DNA of 64,000 nucleotides, taken from Nitrosopumilus sp. Its GTDB lineage: Archaea; Thermoproteota; Nitrososphaeria; Nitrososphaerales; Nitrosopumilaceae. Location: NCBI GenBank assembly GCA_965205215.1, contig OZ242041.1, positions 512,001 to 576,000 of the forward strand, given 5' to 3'. A program made the position numbers and the translations under genes. Every line of letters starts with the position of its first letter. Position 1 is the first letter of the stretch. Shown in pieces: positions 40,351-50,032 of this stretch. The notes under the pieces are model-generated. The model saw only the letters and a program-made list of their open reading frames with translations, was not told the DNA's origin and searched no databases.

Positions 40351-41061
40351 GTGAAAAACAGAAGACCCGAACCGCGGGGGGCGTCGCGCGAGCCACTGCA
40401 GCAAGTCGTCCTGAAGCCGGGTGACATTATCGTCCCCGACACCAACGTGATGCTATCCGCCATAGGGCTCAATAACGTGTCGAACTGGGAGGGCATACTG
40501 TGGTTCCTGCTTGCAAACATCAAGTCGCTCAGGGTGCCCAAAAGGGTGCAGGAAGAGATGGAGGGCGTGATGAACTGCCAGGATATGCACTCCGAATACC
40601 ACGGGAGACTGGCAAAGGTGAGCGGATACGAGCTGATCGAGCATGAACCGGATCCCGGCGTCCTGTCGCACCTGCGCAAGGCGCACAAGCGGGTCGCAGA
40701 CGATCCCGAGTCCAACAAGGCGCTGGACTGGCTGCGCGCAAAGCAGTTCATAATCGAGTCCAAGCATGGTGGGGAAGCGGCGGATCCGCGCGGGATGGGG
40801 TATGATGAGAAGGCGGACAGACTGCGTGAGATGTACGAGGACGCGGAGAGCGACCGCGTCATAGCGGCCCAGGCGGCGGCACTTGCCTTGAAACGCGGTT
40901 CTGCAAGAGTCAGAAGGGACGGCATGCATGAAACTGGCGGCGGCGGCACGGTGTACCTTGTCACCAACGACAGTGACATTACGCTCTTTGCAGGCAAGAT
41001 TCTTGATGCAACCGATCGCATGGTCAGGCCCGTCCGGCTTGACCAGCTTGTTGATGCGTGA
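40351..41061 (+). CDS. PIN domain protein
   Basis: IVPDTNV, V-EE, D-I-A-A, LVTND-D acidic tetrad. Confidence 0.7.
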   Translation: MKNRRPEPRGASREPLQQVVLKPGDIIVPDTNVMLSAIGLNNVSNWEGILWFLLANIKSLRVPKRVQEEMEGVMNCQDMHSEYHGRLAKVSGYELIEHEPDPGVLSHLRKAHKRVADDPESNKALDWLRAKQFIIESKHGGEAADPRGMGYDEKADRLREMYEDAESDRVIAAQAAALALKRGSARVRRDGMHETGGGGTVYLVTNDSDITLFAGKILDATDRMVRPVRLDQLVDA

Positions 41062-41337
41062 TCGATCTCGCTTTGCTGGGCTCCTGAGACTGTTCGGGGC
41101 ATCCTATGCTGTTGGCGCTGGCAGTGGCGCCGCGCAAACTGCCCTTCGCCAACATTGGCCTGCGTGGGAGTGCCCGTCCACTCTCCTCCCCCCCACCTGT
41201 GATGAATGGATGTATAGACATGCGGCTAGTTTGGTGGACGGCATGCCCGGATGTTTGACGGATGGGGGCGGGGAAATACTGGCATGATGGACATGTTGGG
41301 CATAAAAACAGCCGGACCTGTCAAAATTCACAGCCGG

Positions 41338-44300
41338 CTATCTGTTACGCTGTAGGCTCCTGATCTGCCTGAACCTGCTCAGCGAGCCGAACAGGTTCAG
41401 ATAGTGCTCTATGCCAAACTTTGACATGGATCTGATCTCCTCAAAGTGAGGTTCCCGGCCGCGCTCCACTGTCATCGTGTCGTAGTCGGCCATGAGATCC
41501 TCCATGGATACGTTCTTGGCTATGTTCTGGACGCGGTGGATCAGGATGGCCACCGTATCCTCAAATTCCTCCAATGATCCGAAGCATTCCTTATAGTCCT
41601 CTACGCGATACCTGCCGTATCTGTGCAGCTCCTCTGTCGGTATGGGCTCGCCAGAACCTGGCCTACGATTCGTCTTGATATACAACTCAAAGTACTCATC
41701 GTACAGGTTGTCCTCCAGCGCACGTTCTCCGCGGATTGGAATGCCCTTGGCCTTGAGATATTCTCTATACCCCCCGTACAGGCGGTCTATGGACTCGCGA
41801 ACGTCAACTCGCGCAAGTTCCCAAAACTGCCTGCTTGTGGGCACGTGTGCGTACACCTCATCCTTGAGATACCTGAACTCTTCGTCGATCTCTTCTGCCG
41901 TGGGGACGCCGCCTTCCTCTTCGGGTTCAGCCTCCTGCGGCGCATCCTCTGCAGGTAACGGCGCGGTAGTCTTGCTTCTCACCGAGGGTTCCGGGACTTG
42001 TATGTCTCCTGCACCCCTGCACGCCTGGCATTTCTGCGGAATACCCTGACGATCCTTCGACATTAGGCTGGCCGTTAGCACCTTGGGATGCCCCACTATT
42101 CCAAATATGCGCTGGATTGACTCTATTCCCACCGCCTCCACGCCGCAGACAGCGCAGGTGTGCGACAGCGCATGTTCGTGATCCTCCGACGGGGCGGGTT
42201 CTACCTTTTCCTGTGTGATGTCCTGAACCGCCCCCGGGAATCCTGATCTCTCCCTCAGATACGTCCAGTGGTCGCTAAACGCCCTCCATCCGAGATTCGC
42301 AATGTCCAGACTCTTGCCGCTTTTGAGCTGAAAGTTGTCGTTGATGTCGACTAGCATCATGTTCTCGGTTCCGCCCGTCTTGGTGCCTCGCATTCCCCTT
42401 CCTATCATCTGCGTATACAACAGCGTGCTTCTCACGGGCCTGCCCACGAACACGCAGTCTACGTTGGGTGCGTCGAACCCCGCAGTCAGTATGTTAAAGT
42501 TGCACAGTACTTCGAGATCGCCTGACTTGAACCTCTCTATGGTGTTGACACGCGCGTCTATTCCAACGTTGGCATCCACATAGTCCGACCGTATGTTGTA
42601 TTTGGTCTTGAGCAGGACGGAAATCATCCTGGAGTGTGCCACGCTGCATCCAAAAAACAGTATCTTCTTCATGCCCATCCTCTTGAGGGCATCTATCTCC
42701 CCTACGATCATTGCGTTGCGGCTGCTGTCCTCCTCGACGGACTTTAGCGTCTTCTCGGAGAACTCTCCCCACATCTCCATATGCTTGACCTCGTCCATAT
42801 CCACGCTGAACCTACGGGACTTGAGCACCCTGTGGTATACGTTGCACAAGATGTTCCTCTTTGTGAGTTTCTCGTACAGCATCCTCTGTCGCGCCCTCGT
42901 CTCCACATCTTCGGCACCGGGCTTTTCGCGGACGTGCATGCGCGCAGTGGCCGTGTCATAATCCCCTTCGTTGTCGATTACCTTGAGGGTGATTTCGTAC
43001 TCGCCGGGTTTTTCGGGCCTGAACGCGATGTTCTTACTCCTCTCGAACGTCCACTCGTCCTTGCTCTTCTCCTCATCCCCATGTTGCCGCGACTCGTCCC
43101 ACCTGACTATGCGCCAAAAGTAGTCCTTGTCGTCTATGTAGCCGTCCCTGTCGTATGATCTCTCGCCAAGTATATTGACGTATTCGCCGGCGTGGGCGTA
43201 CGTCTGGCAGTCTACTAGCGCGTGAGGCCTGAAGTTTTCTATTTCCTTGGAATAGGGTATGTCCGGGAAGTACACCCCATTAAACCACCTCTTGAGCCTC
43301 TCCGTGTCGGAGCCGCCGCCGGTCCCGCGGAAAGGAGTGGCGGTCAGTCCGATCAGAATTATCCCCCTTTCCGATATCTCGGATTTTTTGTTGTCCCAGT
43401 TGAATCCCATCTCCCTGAGGACCTTGGAGTACGATGACGCCACTGCGTGGTGGGCCTCGTCCACTACTATGCACGATGTCAGCTCTGCGAGATCCGCCAA
43501 CTGTCCCGTGCCCAGCAGCTTGTGGAGGGATTGGATCGTAGCTACGATCACGCCTTTTTCGTCAAGCAGGTCGTCCATATCCATATCGGGCAGCTTGCCG
43601 TGGGTTCCCCAGAACCTGTGCATGTGCAGAGTGGTCCCATGCCTGCCGACGGATTGGAAGACGGCTTTGAACGTGCTGAACGCCTGCTCGCACAGCTCAC
43701 TTGACTGTGCTACCCATAAGACGAACTTGGAGTCACTCTGCTGCTCGCTGTCAGAAGGCTTGCCGTCGTTGAGCCATCCTATGACTGTCTCCGCGACCAT
43801 CCGGGTCTTTCCAGCCCCGGTAGGGATTGTTATCATCTTCCTCTTTACCTTTCTCTGGTTCTCGTCAGTCTCCTCACCCCCTAACATACGGCGTATGAGC
43901 CGCCCCGTCGTGTACTGGTAGTCGTACAGCGGGTTGAGCGGAGAATGAGGCACTATCACCTCGGTCCGCGCCGGCATGTCTGCGTGCTCTGCGTCGGCTA
44001 CCTGTGTGGGCAGGCCGAGCTCCATGGCCAGCCGCCGGGCCAGCCGCGCCGTCATGGTGAGGTTTGGCACATCCCGCACGTCCCTGATTATGTCCCTCTC
44101 GTTCTTTCTGGCCGTGGATTTAGCAGCTTGCACGATGTCCTTGCTGCGCACGTCACCGCTCCCGACCGCCGCATCCAGAATGAGCTCTAGAAATGTACGG
44201 CGCTTTTCGTTATCGTTGTCTACGTTCTTTAGAAAGTGAGGCCCCACTATATCATAGAGCATCTCGGCGAGCCTGTCGGGGTTTATTATGTTCCCACCTG

Positions 44301-44457
44301 ATACAATCATTCTTAGTATCTCTGGATTGACCTTTGAGATGGTCGTAGAGATTGCACCGGCGTCCCACCATTCCCTGAACTTTGCGACGCAGGCTTCTTT
44401 TGTCGGATCCTTGCCAGCATGCGTACGCCTTGGTATCTTGACCATCAGGTATTGCAC
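41338..44457 (-). CDS. SF2 (SSL2/Irc3-like) helicase with inserted PKD domain, CxxC pair and C-terminal helical repeats
   Basis: LYDYQ, PTGAGKT, ELCEQ, DEAHH, GLTATP, LTAGFDAP, QMIGRG-R. Confidence 0.88.
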   Translation of the reverse strand: MQYLMVKIPRRTHAGKDPTKEACVAKFREWWDAGAISTTISKVNPEILRMIVSGGNIINPDRLAEMLYDIVGPHFLKNVDNDNEKRRTFLELILDAAVGSGDVRSKDIVQAAKSTARKNERDIIRDVRDVPNLTMTARLARRLAMELGLPTQVADAEHADMPARTEVIVPHSPLNPLYDYQYTTGRLIRRMLGGEETDENQRKVKRKMITIPTGAGKTRMVAETVIGWLNDGKPSDSEQQSDSKFVLWVAQSSELCEQAFSTFKAVFQSVGRHGTTLHMHRFWGTHGKLPDMDMDDLLDEKGVIVATIQSLHKLLGTGQLADLAELTSCIVVDEAHHAVASSYSKVLREMGFNWDNKKSEISERGIILIGLTATPFRGTGGGSDTERLKRWFNGVYFPDIPYSKEIENFRPHALVDCQTYAHAGEYVNILGERSYDRDGYIDDKDYFWRIVRWDESRQHGDEEKSKDEWTFERSKNIAFRPEKPGEYEITLKVIDNEGDYDTATARMHVREKPGAEDVETRARQRMLYEKLTKRNILCNVYHRVLKSRRFSVDMDEVKHMEMWGEFSEKTLKSVEEDSSRNAMIVGEIDALKRMGMKKILFFGCSVAHSRMISVLLKTKYNIRSDYVDANVGIDARVNTIERFKSGDLEVLCNFNILTAGFDAPNVDCVFVGRPVRSTLLYTQMIGRGMRGTKTGGTENMMLVDINDNFQLKSGKSLDIANLGWRAFSDHWTYLRERSGFPGAVQDITQEKVEPAPSEDHEHALSHTCAVCGVEAVGIESIQRIFGIVGHPKVLTASLMSKDRQGIPQKCQACRGAGDIQVPEPSVRSKTTAPLPAEDAPQEAEPEEEGGVPTAEEIDEEFRYLKDEVYAHVPTSRQFWELARVDVRESIDRLYGGYREYLKAKGIPIRGERALEDNLYDEYFELYIKTNRRPGSGEPIPTEELHRYGRYRVEDYKECFGSLEEFEDTVAILIHRVQNIAKNVSMEDLMADYDTMTVERGREPHFEEIRSMSKFGIEHYLNLFGSLSRFRQIRSLQRNR

Positions 44458-44545
44458 CTTTTCACGTCACGCTTCGATCCGACGTCATGCTTGGGCGATC
44501 TGGCTCGTGCCGCCAGTTGTCCAGACGTTTTCGTCATTCCACATA

Positions 44546-46363
44546 TCATGCTAGCTCTGCCCACTCCCTAAAGTATCCGAACTCTTTGTCAAACAGGAGC
44601 CTCCTATCAAGCAGCCTGTTGACGTTCTCGCAGCTGGTCTCGGGCAGCAGCACGCATCCATAGCACGCCGAGGCGTTGATCCTGGTGTATAGGGGGGCGC
44701 TGGCTCGCGCCATGTCGCCGGGATCGTCCTCCGCACAGAGGGGGTCTCGGGAGCAGCGCGTGGACCCCCGCACGGATGCTCTTAGCAGGCTGGCAAAATT
44801 CTCCGTCTTTCCCTGCCTGACCAATCCGCCCAGACTGCCGTCAGCTGAAGGTGTCGCGGTGTACAGCAGTATACCGTTGTGCTGCCTGCCGGAGTATATC
44901 CTCTCGCGTATGGACGCCTCGCTGTATCCAGATACGGCCGCGACTCTCCTGATCAGTACGTGGGCAAGCGTGTGCAGCAGCGTGTATCTGGGCGGCCTCC
45001 GGGGATCATCCTGACTCATATCCGAGAAGAGTTCCCTGAATGCGTCACGCATCATTCCGCAGCGCGACCGGACGGCCGGTTCACCTTCCCACCTGCGCAG
45101 CCTCTCTTCGTTCAGCGTGAACAGGAATCCCTCCCCGCGGTTCTCGATTGCAGGGTACCAATTGGTATTTCTGCCCGATATGGGGCAGTATTTCACACTC
45201 TGGCCTTCCGAAAGATACGGATCTGCAGGGGCCTCCCGCGTAAAAGCCCGCATCACCCGTATCTCGGTCAGTCTCTTGACCTGCTTTAGCGTCTTGACAT
45301 ACTCTGCAAGCTCCCCGGCTACCGCCGCCTCTGCGATCTCCAGATACTCGTCCCCCTCAAATTCACTTAGCATCAGATCGTCATACTCGCGGTTGCGCAC
45401 TTGGGCCTCAGTAGAATCCTTGCTCAGATCGGGCCTGGGACTGAACCTCTTGATCAGGTGCTCCTCTATCTCGTCTATGGTGTGCGTTTCTCGCACTTTC
45501 TCTAACAGTTCGGACTTTTCTGCCACCATCCGGGCTGTGCCTATATCCAACTGTGATCTTATCGATTCCTTGTTCTCTGTAATGCATTTTTGCACGGGGT
45601 GCAGCCACTCCGGCACGTACAGGGCAGTGACAGTAACAGGATAGTACATGCTCGTGGATCTGATGTGTATGCCGTACACGGGCGTTGGATTGCCTTGGCC
45701 GTCGGAGCACTCTGCGGTGGCATTGTGCCCGATCCACGGCATGGCGCCGCTACATCCGGATATGATGCCCTCCAGTCCGCTGCGCGACGTAGCTCCGGCA
45801 CACGACCTTGACGCCTTGCAGTCCAGGCATGTCACAAAATAGTCGGCAAGCCCCGGGCTGTTCCCGCGCTGCCTGAACTGCAGGCGCGGATGCCTGCCGC
45901 ATACGCCCCCCGGGGTTCTACTATGGGCCCATTCATTCCACGGAAACTCCTCAAGATGCCCGTTTGAGCACACCGCAGCGAACTTTGCGGCGTATATCTC
46001 CCTGCCGCAGTCCCGACAGGAAAACAACCTCTTTCCGTTGGGAGGCGCCGCCTTGTGCTTTTGCAGCATGGCACACGCTGGGTTGGAGCAGACGCCCCAC
46101 AGGGGAAACGACCTGCAGGATAGCACCCTGTGCCTGTCCACCTGGCGCGGCATCCTGAAGTGGCTCTTTTCCAAGAGTTGCTCAAGGTATGGGTGGCCAA
46201 GCCTCTTGTAGTAATCCTCGGATTTGCTCCATGTGTCTATGCCCATTACCAGCACGGAGTCGTGCTCCATCTGCACGATGGCCCCCGGCCCAAACGTGGT
46301 TATAATCTGGCTTGCACGCAGCGCGCCAGGACTCTCTGAGTACGCCTTGAATTCTTCTTGCAT
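44546..46363 (-). CDS. drmB: DrmB-like DUF1998 protein
   Basis: R-SQ-IT-FGPGA, C-NGH-FPW, GEG, LHT-AH-L, SI-ERIY, GSLGGL, CS-DP-C, AC-C-ETSCE-N-LDR; TAATG coupling to drmA. Confidence 0.9.
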   Translation of the reverse strand: MQEEFKAYSESPGALRASQIITTFGPGAIVQMEHDSVLVMGIDTWSKSEDYYKRLGHPYLEQLLEKSHFRMPRQVDRHRVLSCRSFPLWGVCSNPACAMLQKHKAAPPNGKRLFSCRDCGREIYAAKFAAVCSNGHLEEFPWNEWAHSRTPGGVCGRHPRLQFRQRGNSPGLADYFVTCLDCKASRSCAGATSRSGLEGIISGCSGAMPWIGHNATAECSDGQGNPTPVYGIHIRSTSMYYPVTVTALYVPEWLHPVQKCITENKESIRSQLDIGTARMVAEKSELLEKVRETHTIDEIEEHLIKRFSPRPDLSKDSTEAQVRNREYDDLMLSEFEGDEYLEIAEAAVAGELAEYVKTLKQVKRLTEIRVMRAFTREAPADPYLSEGQSVKYCPISGRNTNWYPAIENRGEGFLFTLNEERLRRWEGEPAVRSRCGMMRDAFRELFSDMSQDDPRRPPRYTLLHTLAHVLIRRVAAVSGYSEASIRERIYSGRQHNGILLYTATPSADGSLGGLVRQGKTENFASLLRASVRGSTRCSRDPLCAEDDPGDMARASAPLYTRINASACYGCVLLPETSCENVNRLLDRRLLFDKEFGYFREWAELA

Positions 46364-49300
46364 TATGTCTCGCCTCCAGGCGCGTCCTCTGCGTGTCGCG
46401 GCGAGTCGTCCAGATACCACATCTTTACGGCCTCCTCTGCATCTCTTAGTGAGTTTGGTGCGGACGCCAGCTCGCCCTCTCCCGTGTAGAACGTATTCCC
46501 GAGCAGATAGTACACGTCCTCTGGCCTCTTGGCCTTTTCGTGCTGGTTGCCGCGGTATTGTAGCCTGTCTATGCTCGAGGCCCACTCATGCCACCTGTCG
46601 GCGCACTGTTCGAGTTCTGCCAGTGTTGCGTCTCTCTCCTGCGCGTCAATGTTACCCACCCTGCCCGCCAGTTCTTGGCGTATCGCATCCAGTATTTTGG
46701 AGACATGTCGTACGTTCTTGTCGAACCTGCCCGCCGCGTCGTTCTTGGCCAGCCTGCTGTCGAACAGGCGCATAAGCGCCACCAATACCCCAAACAGCGC
46801 CCTGTCCCTAGCGCGCGGCGCAAAGGGCGTCAGGTTCACCGACTCTACGTTCATGTGCAGTGTGGAGTGGTAGTATCCGAAATTTTCATAATGGGAGAGA
46901 TCCCTGGGCTTGAGCGCATTTAGACTGGTCACTACCAGTCCGGGGGACTCCCTTCCTATCCTGCCCGTGGCCTGGATGTACTCCGAATGGTTCTTGGGTT
47001 GGCCGTTTACTACCATCACTCCGAGCCTCGATATGTCCACCCCGACTGACAGCATGTTGGTGCACAATAGTAGATCTTCTGGGCGTATTGAGCCACTGAG
47101 CGTCCTCTCCAGCCCCTTGAGTATGTCCGGGATCCTGCTGGCGTCGATCCTACTTGTCAGCTCCACCTTTTCCAAGGGCTGGTTTCTGTATCTGCCGCTC
47201 CCGTTCTTCTGATCCTCAAAGTTGCTGAACAGTCTCTGGATGTATCCGGGAACCGTGTCGTCATACATCTTGCTTGCAGCCCCCAGTTCTTTGAGCGTGT
47301 TAAAGTATGACACCAGCGTATAGTACTGGTCTATGTCTTCGTGCGAGAGACCGTTCTCCGGCATGCCCTCTTCCATGCGGCGCACGCACCTGAGTATGGC
47401 TGCGGAGATCCTACCCAGGACAGTCAACCGGCTTCTTGCCGCCATGCAGACCCCGACGTACACCTTGCCCGGATCCTCGTCCAACGGAACCTCTTCTGCG
47501 AAGAATGAATGTCCAAAGTCTATTCCCTGCGGCGGGAATATGTTGCTCGCATTTCGGTTGAAGAGGCTTCGAATCTGTTCGCCAGCCCTCCTAGTGGTGG
47601 CGGTAGATGCAATAATCTTTGGACGGGCGCCGTCATGGCCCGTACACAGAATGTCTATGGCCGTCTCGTAGAGGCCCGTGAGCGTCCCGAGAGGCCCCGA
47701 TATAAGATGCAACTCATCCTGTATAATCAGCTCCGGCGGCTCCAGCCTGGGAGGCCCGAACTCGGAGAACAAGAACGACTCGTGGTTAGTGTGCGTGTTG
47801 CAGTCGTCTGACAGCTCGTCCATTACGAATCCGTGCTTTTGGCAGTACTTGTTCACCCTGCCGAATATGGCCCCCGTCTCCCACTTCCATGTGATCTGTG
47901 CAAACTTGTCAACCGTCCCTATCACCAGTGAAGGACACCTACTGTAGATGTCCTCATCCACTACCAGCACCGGAAGGTTGGTCTCGCCGTCCCCCCCTTT
48001 GGAAAACGCGCAGGATTTGTTGGGGCAGTACACCCTGCACTGTCTCGGTGTCCCGGACACCTCGTAGCAGTACTCGTTTACTGCGCTGCCGCACCACGGG
48101 CACGACACCAGTTGCAGCGGACTGCGCTCCCGCGGCACGCTCCCGCGTCTGGCGCCCTTGATTGCCTCTACGGCGCCGTATTCGCCGTCCAGAGAGTTGG
48201 GGGTGGTGCCGCTCCCCACCCAGAGTCCCACCAAGAACGGTTCGTCTCCCCACGTTTTCGGGTCCTTCCGGCGTATGTACTCGCATCCGCACATAAGCGT
48301 GGCGGCCCTGTGGAACTGCTGCAGTGTAAGCAGCCGCAGCGTATACCGCATCATGACGGCCGTTCCATACCGCATGTGTTCCGTGTCGTGCCTCAACCGC
48401 CTGTGCGCCGTCGTAAACGCGATGATTCCCAGATACGCCTCGGTCTTGCCGCCGCCCGTGGCAAACCACAGCAGATCTACCGTGGAACGATCCGTCGAGC
48501 GTGGGTTTGTGATCGACTCCACGTTTATCAGGAAAAACGCCAGCTGGAACGGCCGCCACCTCCCGGAATACTCTCTGGGCTTTGGCCCGTCCACCTTTTT
48601 TCTCTTCGCGTTATTTTGGGCCCATTTTCCATACGACATCTGGAGCCACATGGCCCTGTTGGCAAAGGAGAATGCGTCTGCGGCGCGCTTGTCCGTGGAT
48701 ATGATATCGATCCCTTTTCGCATGCGGGCTAGGGATGCCCTGCACTCCCCGATCTGAGACGCTGCCGCCTCTTGGAATTCTCCTGCAAGCGTTTCGATCT
48801 TGGCCTCCAGCTCTTGAGATATCCACCGCTCGTATTCGTCTGCTATCGGAGTAAGCAGATCGCGATATTTTGACCTGTCTGTTACCTCAAACAATACCTT
48901 CATGTCCAGTCCTTTCATGACCATCTCGCGCGGGCGAATCTTGGGGACGGCATGCACCGGGACGAACGCCGTTCTCAGCTCCGAGACCCTGTCACCCGCA
49001 CCGTCGCCATCCCATTCCACCGCGCAGCCGTGCCCTATCGCAAAGTTGCCGTTTTTGCGGAACAGCAGGCCGAACAGCGCCGAATCGTGCCTGCCGTACC
49101 CGTCCCTGTCTTCTGTGTATGGTTCCCCCTGAACCCTACTGTCAACGAATATCCGATCCCCTCCGGGCGCGGACAGGGTGAGCCTCGGCTGAAACATGCA
49201 TCGCTTGAACTCATTTTTACTGTCGCCGTCCCATACGTTGTTGTTCACCACGAACACGCTCAGCGAAAGGCCGCGCTCATGATCCTTTGTATGGTATTTG

Positions 49301-49863
49301 AGCGTAAACTTTGTGTCAGTTTCCAACGGAATGCTTGGTTTTGGCGTGGGATCGCCTAGTCGTATCTCGTGCGTCTCGGAGTGCTGCGTGCGCCTGTAAA
49401 TGTACGACTTTTCGCCTACTGGCTCTCCTGTCTTGGCTCTTCCTTCCTTGGGCTCTTCCTTGACATCTTGCCCCACAAGCGTCTCGCCGGCCGGCCCGCT
49501 CCCTTTGGCAACCTTGGGCCTCAGGTCATACGTCCCGTATTCTATGTGGGCTAGTATGCTGTTCGTGCCCCGCGGCACCGTGCACGTTATTCCGAATGAC
49601 GACTGCTTCATGTTCGTCACGCGGTTGGCGCCCCCCTCCTGCGAATCACCATTGTCGTCTTCCACCTCTATCTGTTCCCGTTCGTCCTCTTCGGGATCTG
49701 CGCCACTCATTCTGGGAAATAATATTCCCGACAGGTATGACTGGGTTGGATTCTCTCTTCTGGGCAAAACCTCCTCGGGTCCGCCCCTGGGTCCCACCAT
49801 GTCGCTCTTAATCCATTCAATCAGGCTGTTCCGCACATGTTCCCTTTTTGAACTATCGGTCAC
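46363..49863 (-). CDS. drmA: DrmA-like SF2 helicase
   Basis: GP-G-E, Y-G-L-P, A-GHG, WRPFQLAF, LLWF-TGGGKTEAY, RYTLRLLT-QQ, QDELHL-GPLGT, SVGVDI-RL, QATGR-GR, RD-SHYE. Confidence 0.9.
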   Translation of the reverse strand: MTDSSKREHVRNSLIEWIKSDMVGPRGGPEEVLPRRENPTQSYLSGILFPRMSGADPEEDEREQIEVEDDNGDSQEGGANRVTNMKQSSFGITCTVPRGTNSILAHIEYGTYDLRPKVAKGSGPAGETLVGQDVKEEPKEGRAKTGEPVGEKSYIYRRTQHSETHEIRLGDPTPKPSIPLETDTKFTLKYHTKDHERGLSLSVFVVNNNVWDGDSKNEFKRCMFQPRLTLSAPGGDRIFVDSRVQGEPYTEDRDGYGRHDSALFGLLFRKNGNFAIGHGCAVEWDGDGAGDRVSELRTAFVPVHAVPKIRPREMVMKGLDMKVLFEVTDRSKYRDLLTPIADEYERWISQELEAKIETLAGEFQEAAASQIGECRASLARMRKGIDIISTDKRAADAFSFANRAMWLQMSYGKWAQNNAKRKKVDGPKPREYSGRWRPFQLAFFLINVESITNPRSTDRSTVDLLWFATGGGKTEAYLGIIAFTTAHRRLRHDTEHMRYGTAVMMRYTLRLLTLQQFHRAATLMCGCEYIRRKDPKTWGDEPFLVGLWVGSGTTPNSLDGEYGAVEAIKGARRGSVPRERSPLQLVSCPWCGSAVNEYCYEVSGTPRQCRVYCPNKSCAFSKGGDGETNLPVLVVDEDIYSRCPSLVIGTVDKFAQITWKWETGAIFGRVNKYCQKHGFVMDELSDDCNTHTNHESFLFSEFGPPRLEPPELIIQDELHLISGPLGTLTGLYETAIDILCTGHDGARPKIIASTATTRRAGEQIRSLFNRNASNIFPPQGIDFGHSFFAEEVPLDEDPGKVYVGVCMAARSRLTVLGRISAAILRCVRRMEEGMPENGLSHEDIDQYYTLVSYFNTLKELGAASKMYDDTVPGYIQRLFSNFEDQKNGSGRYRNQPLEKVELTSRIDASRIPDILKGLERTLSGSIRPEDLLLCTNMLSVGVDISRLGVMVVNGQPKNHSEYIQATGRIGRESPGLVVTSLNALKPRDLSHYENFGYYHSTLHMNVESVNLTPFAPRARDRALFGVLVALMRLFDSRLAKNDAAGRFDKNVRHVSKILDAIRQELAGRVGNIDAQERDATLAELEQCADRWHEWASSIDRLQYRGNQHEKAKRPEDVYYLLGNTFYTGEGELASAPNSLRDAEEAVKMWYLDDSPRHAEDAPGGET

Positions 49864-50032
49864 CGTACTCGGTTGGGCTTTATGTTTAAAAACTTTCCAA
49901 GCGGTTATGTTGCAAAAATGTAACAGATGCTGATTTTATTCTGGGTCTTGCTGTGGCTGTACATTTATCAGCGACGTGCCGTTCGCACGATTTATCAGGA
50001 AGGTGGCCAAGGCGGCAGTAGTGACACAAGAA

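Noticed and set aside
46364-46585. N-terminal extension of drmB in the ORF track
   Set aside because: It overlaps the drmA 3' end; ATG at 46363 gives TAATG coupling just before the conserved RxSQ motif
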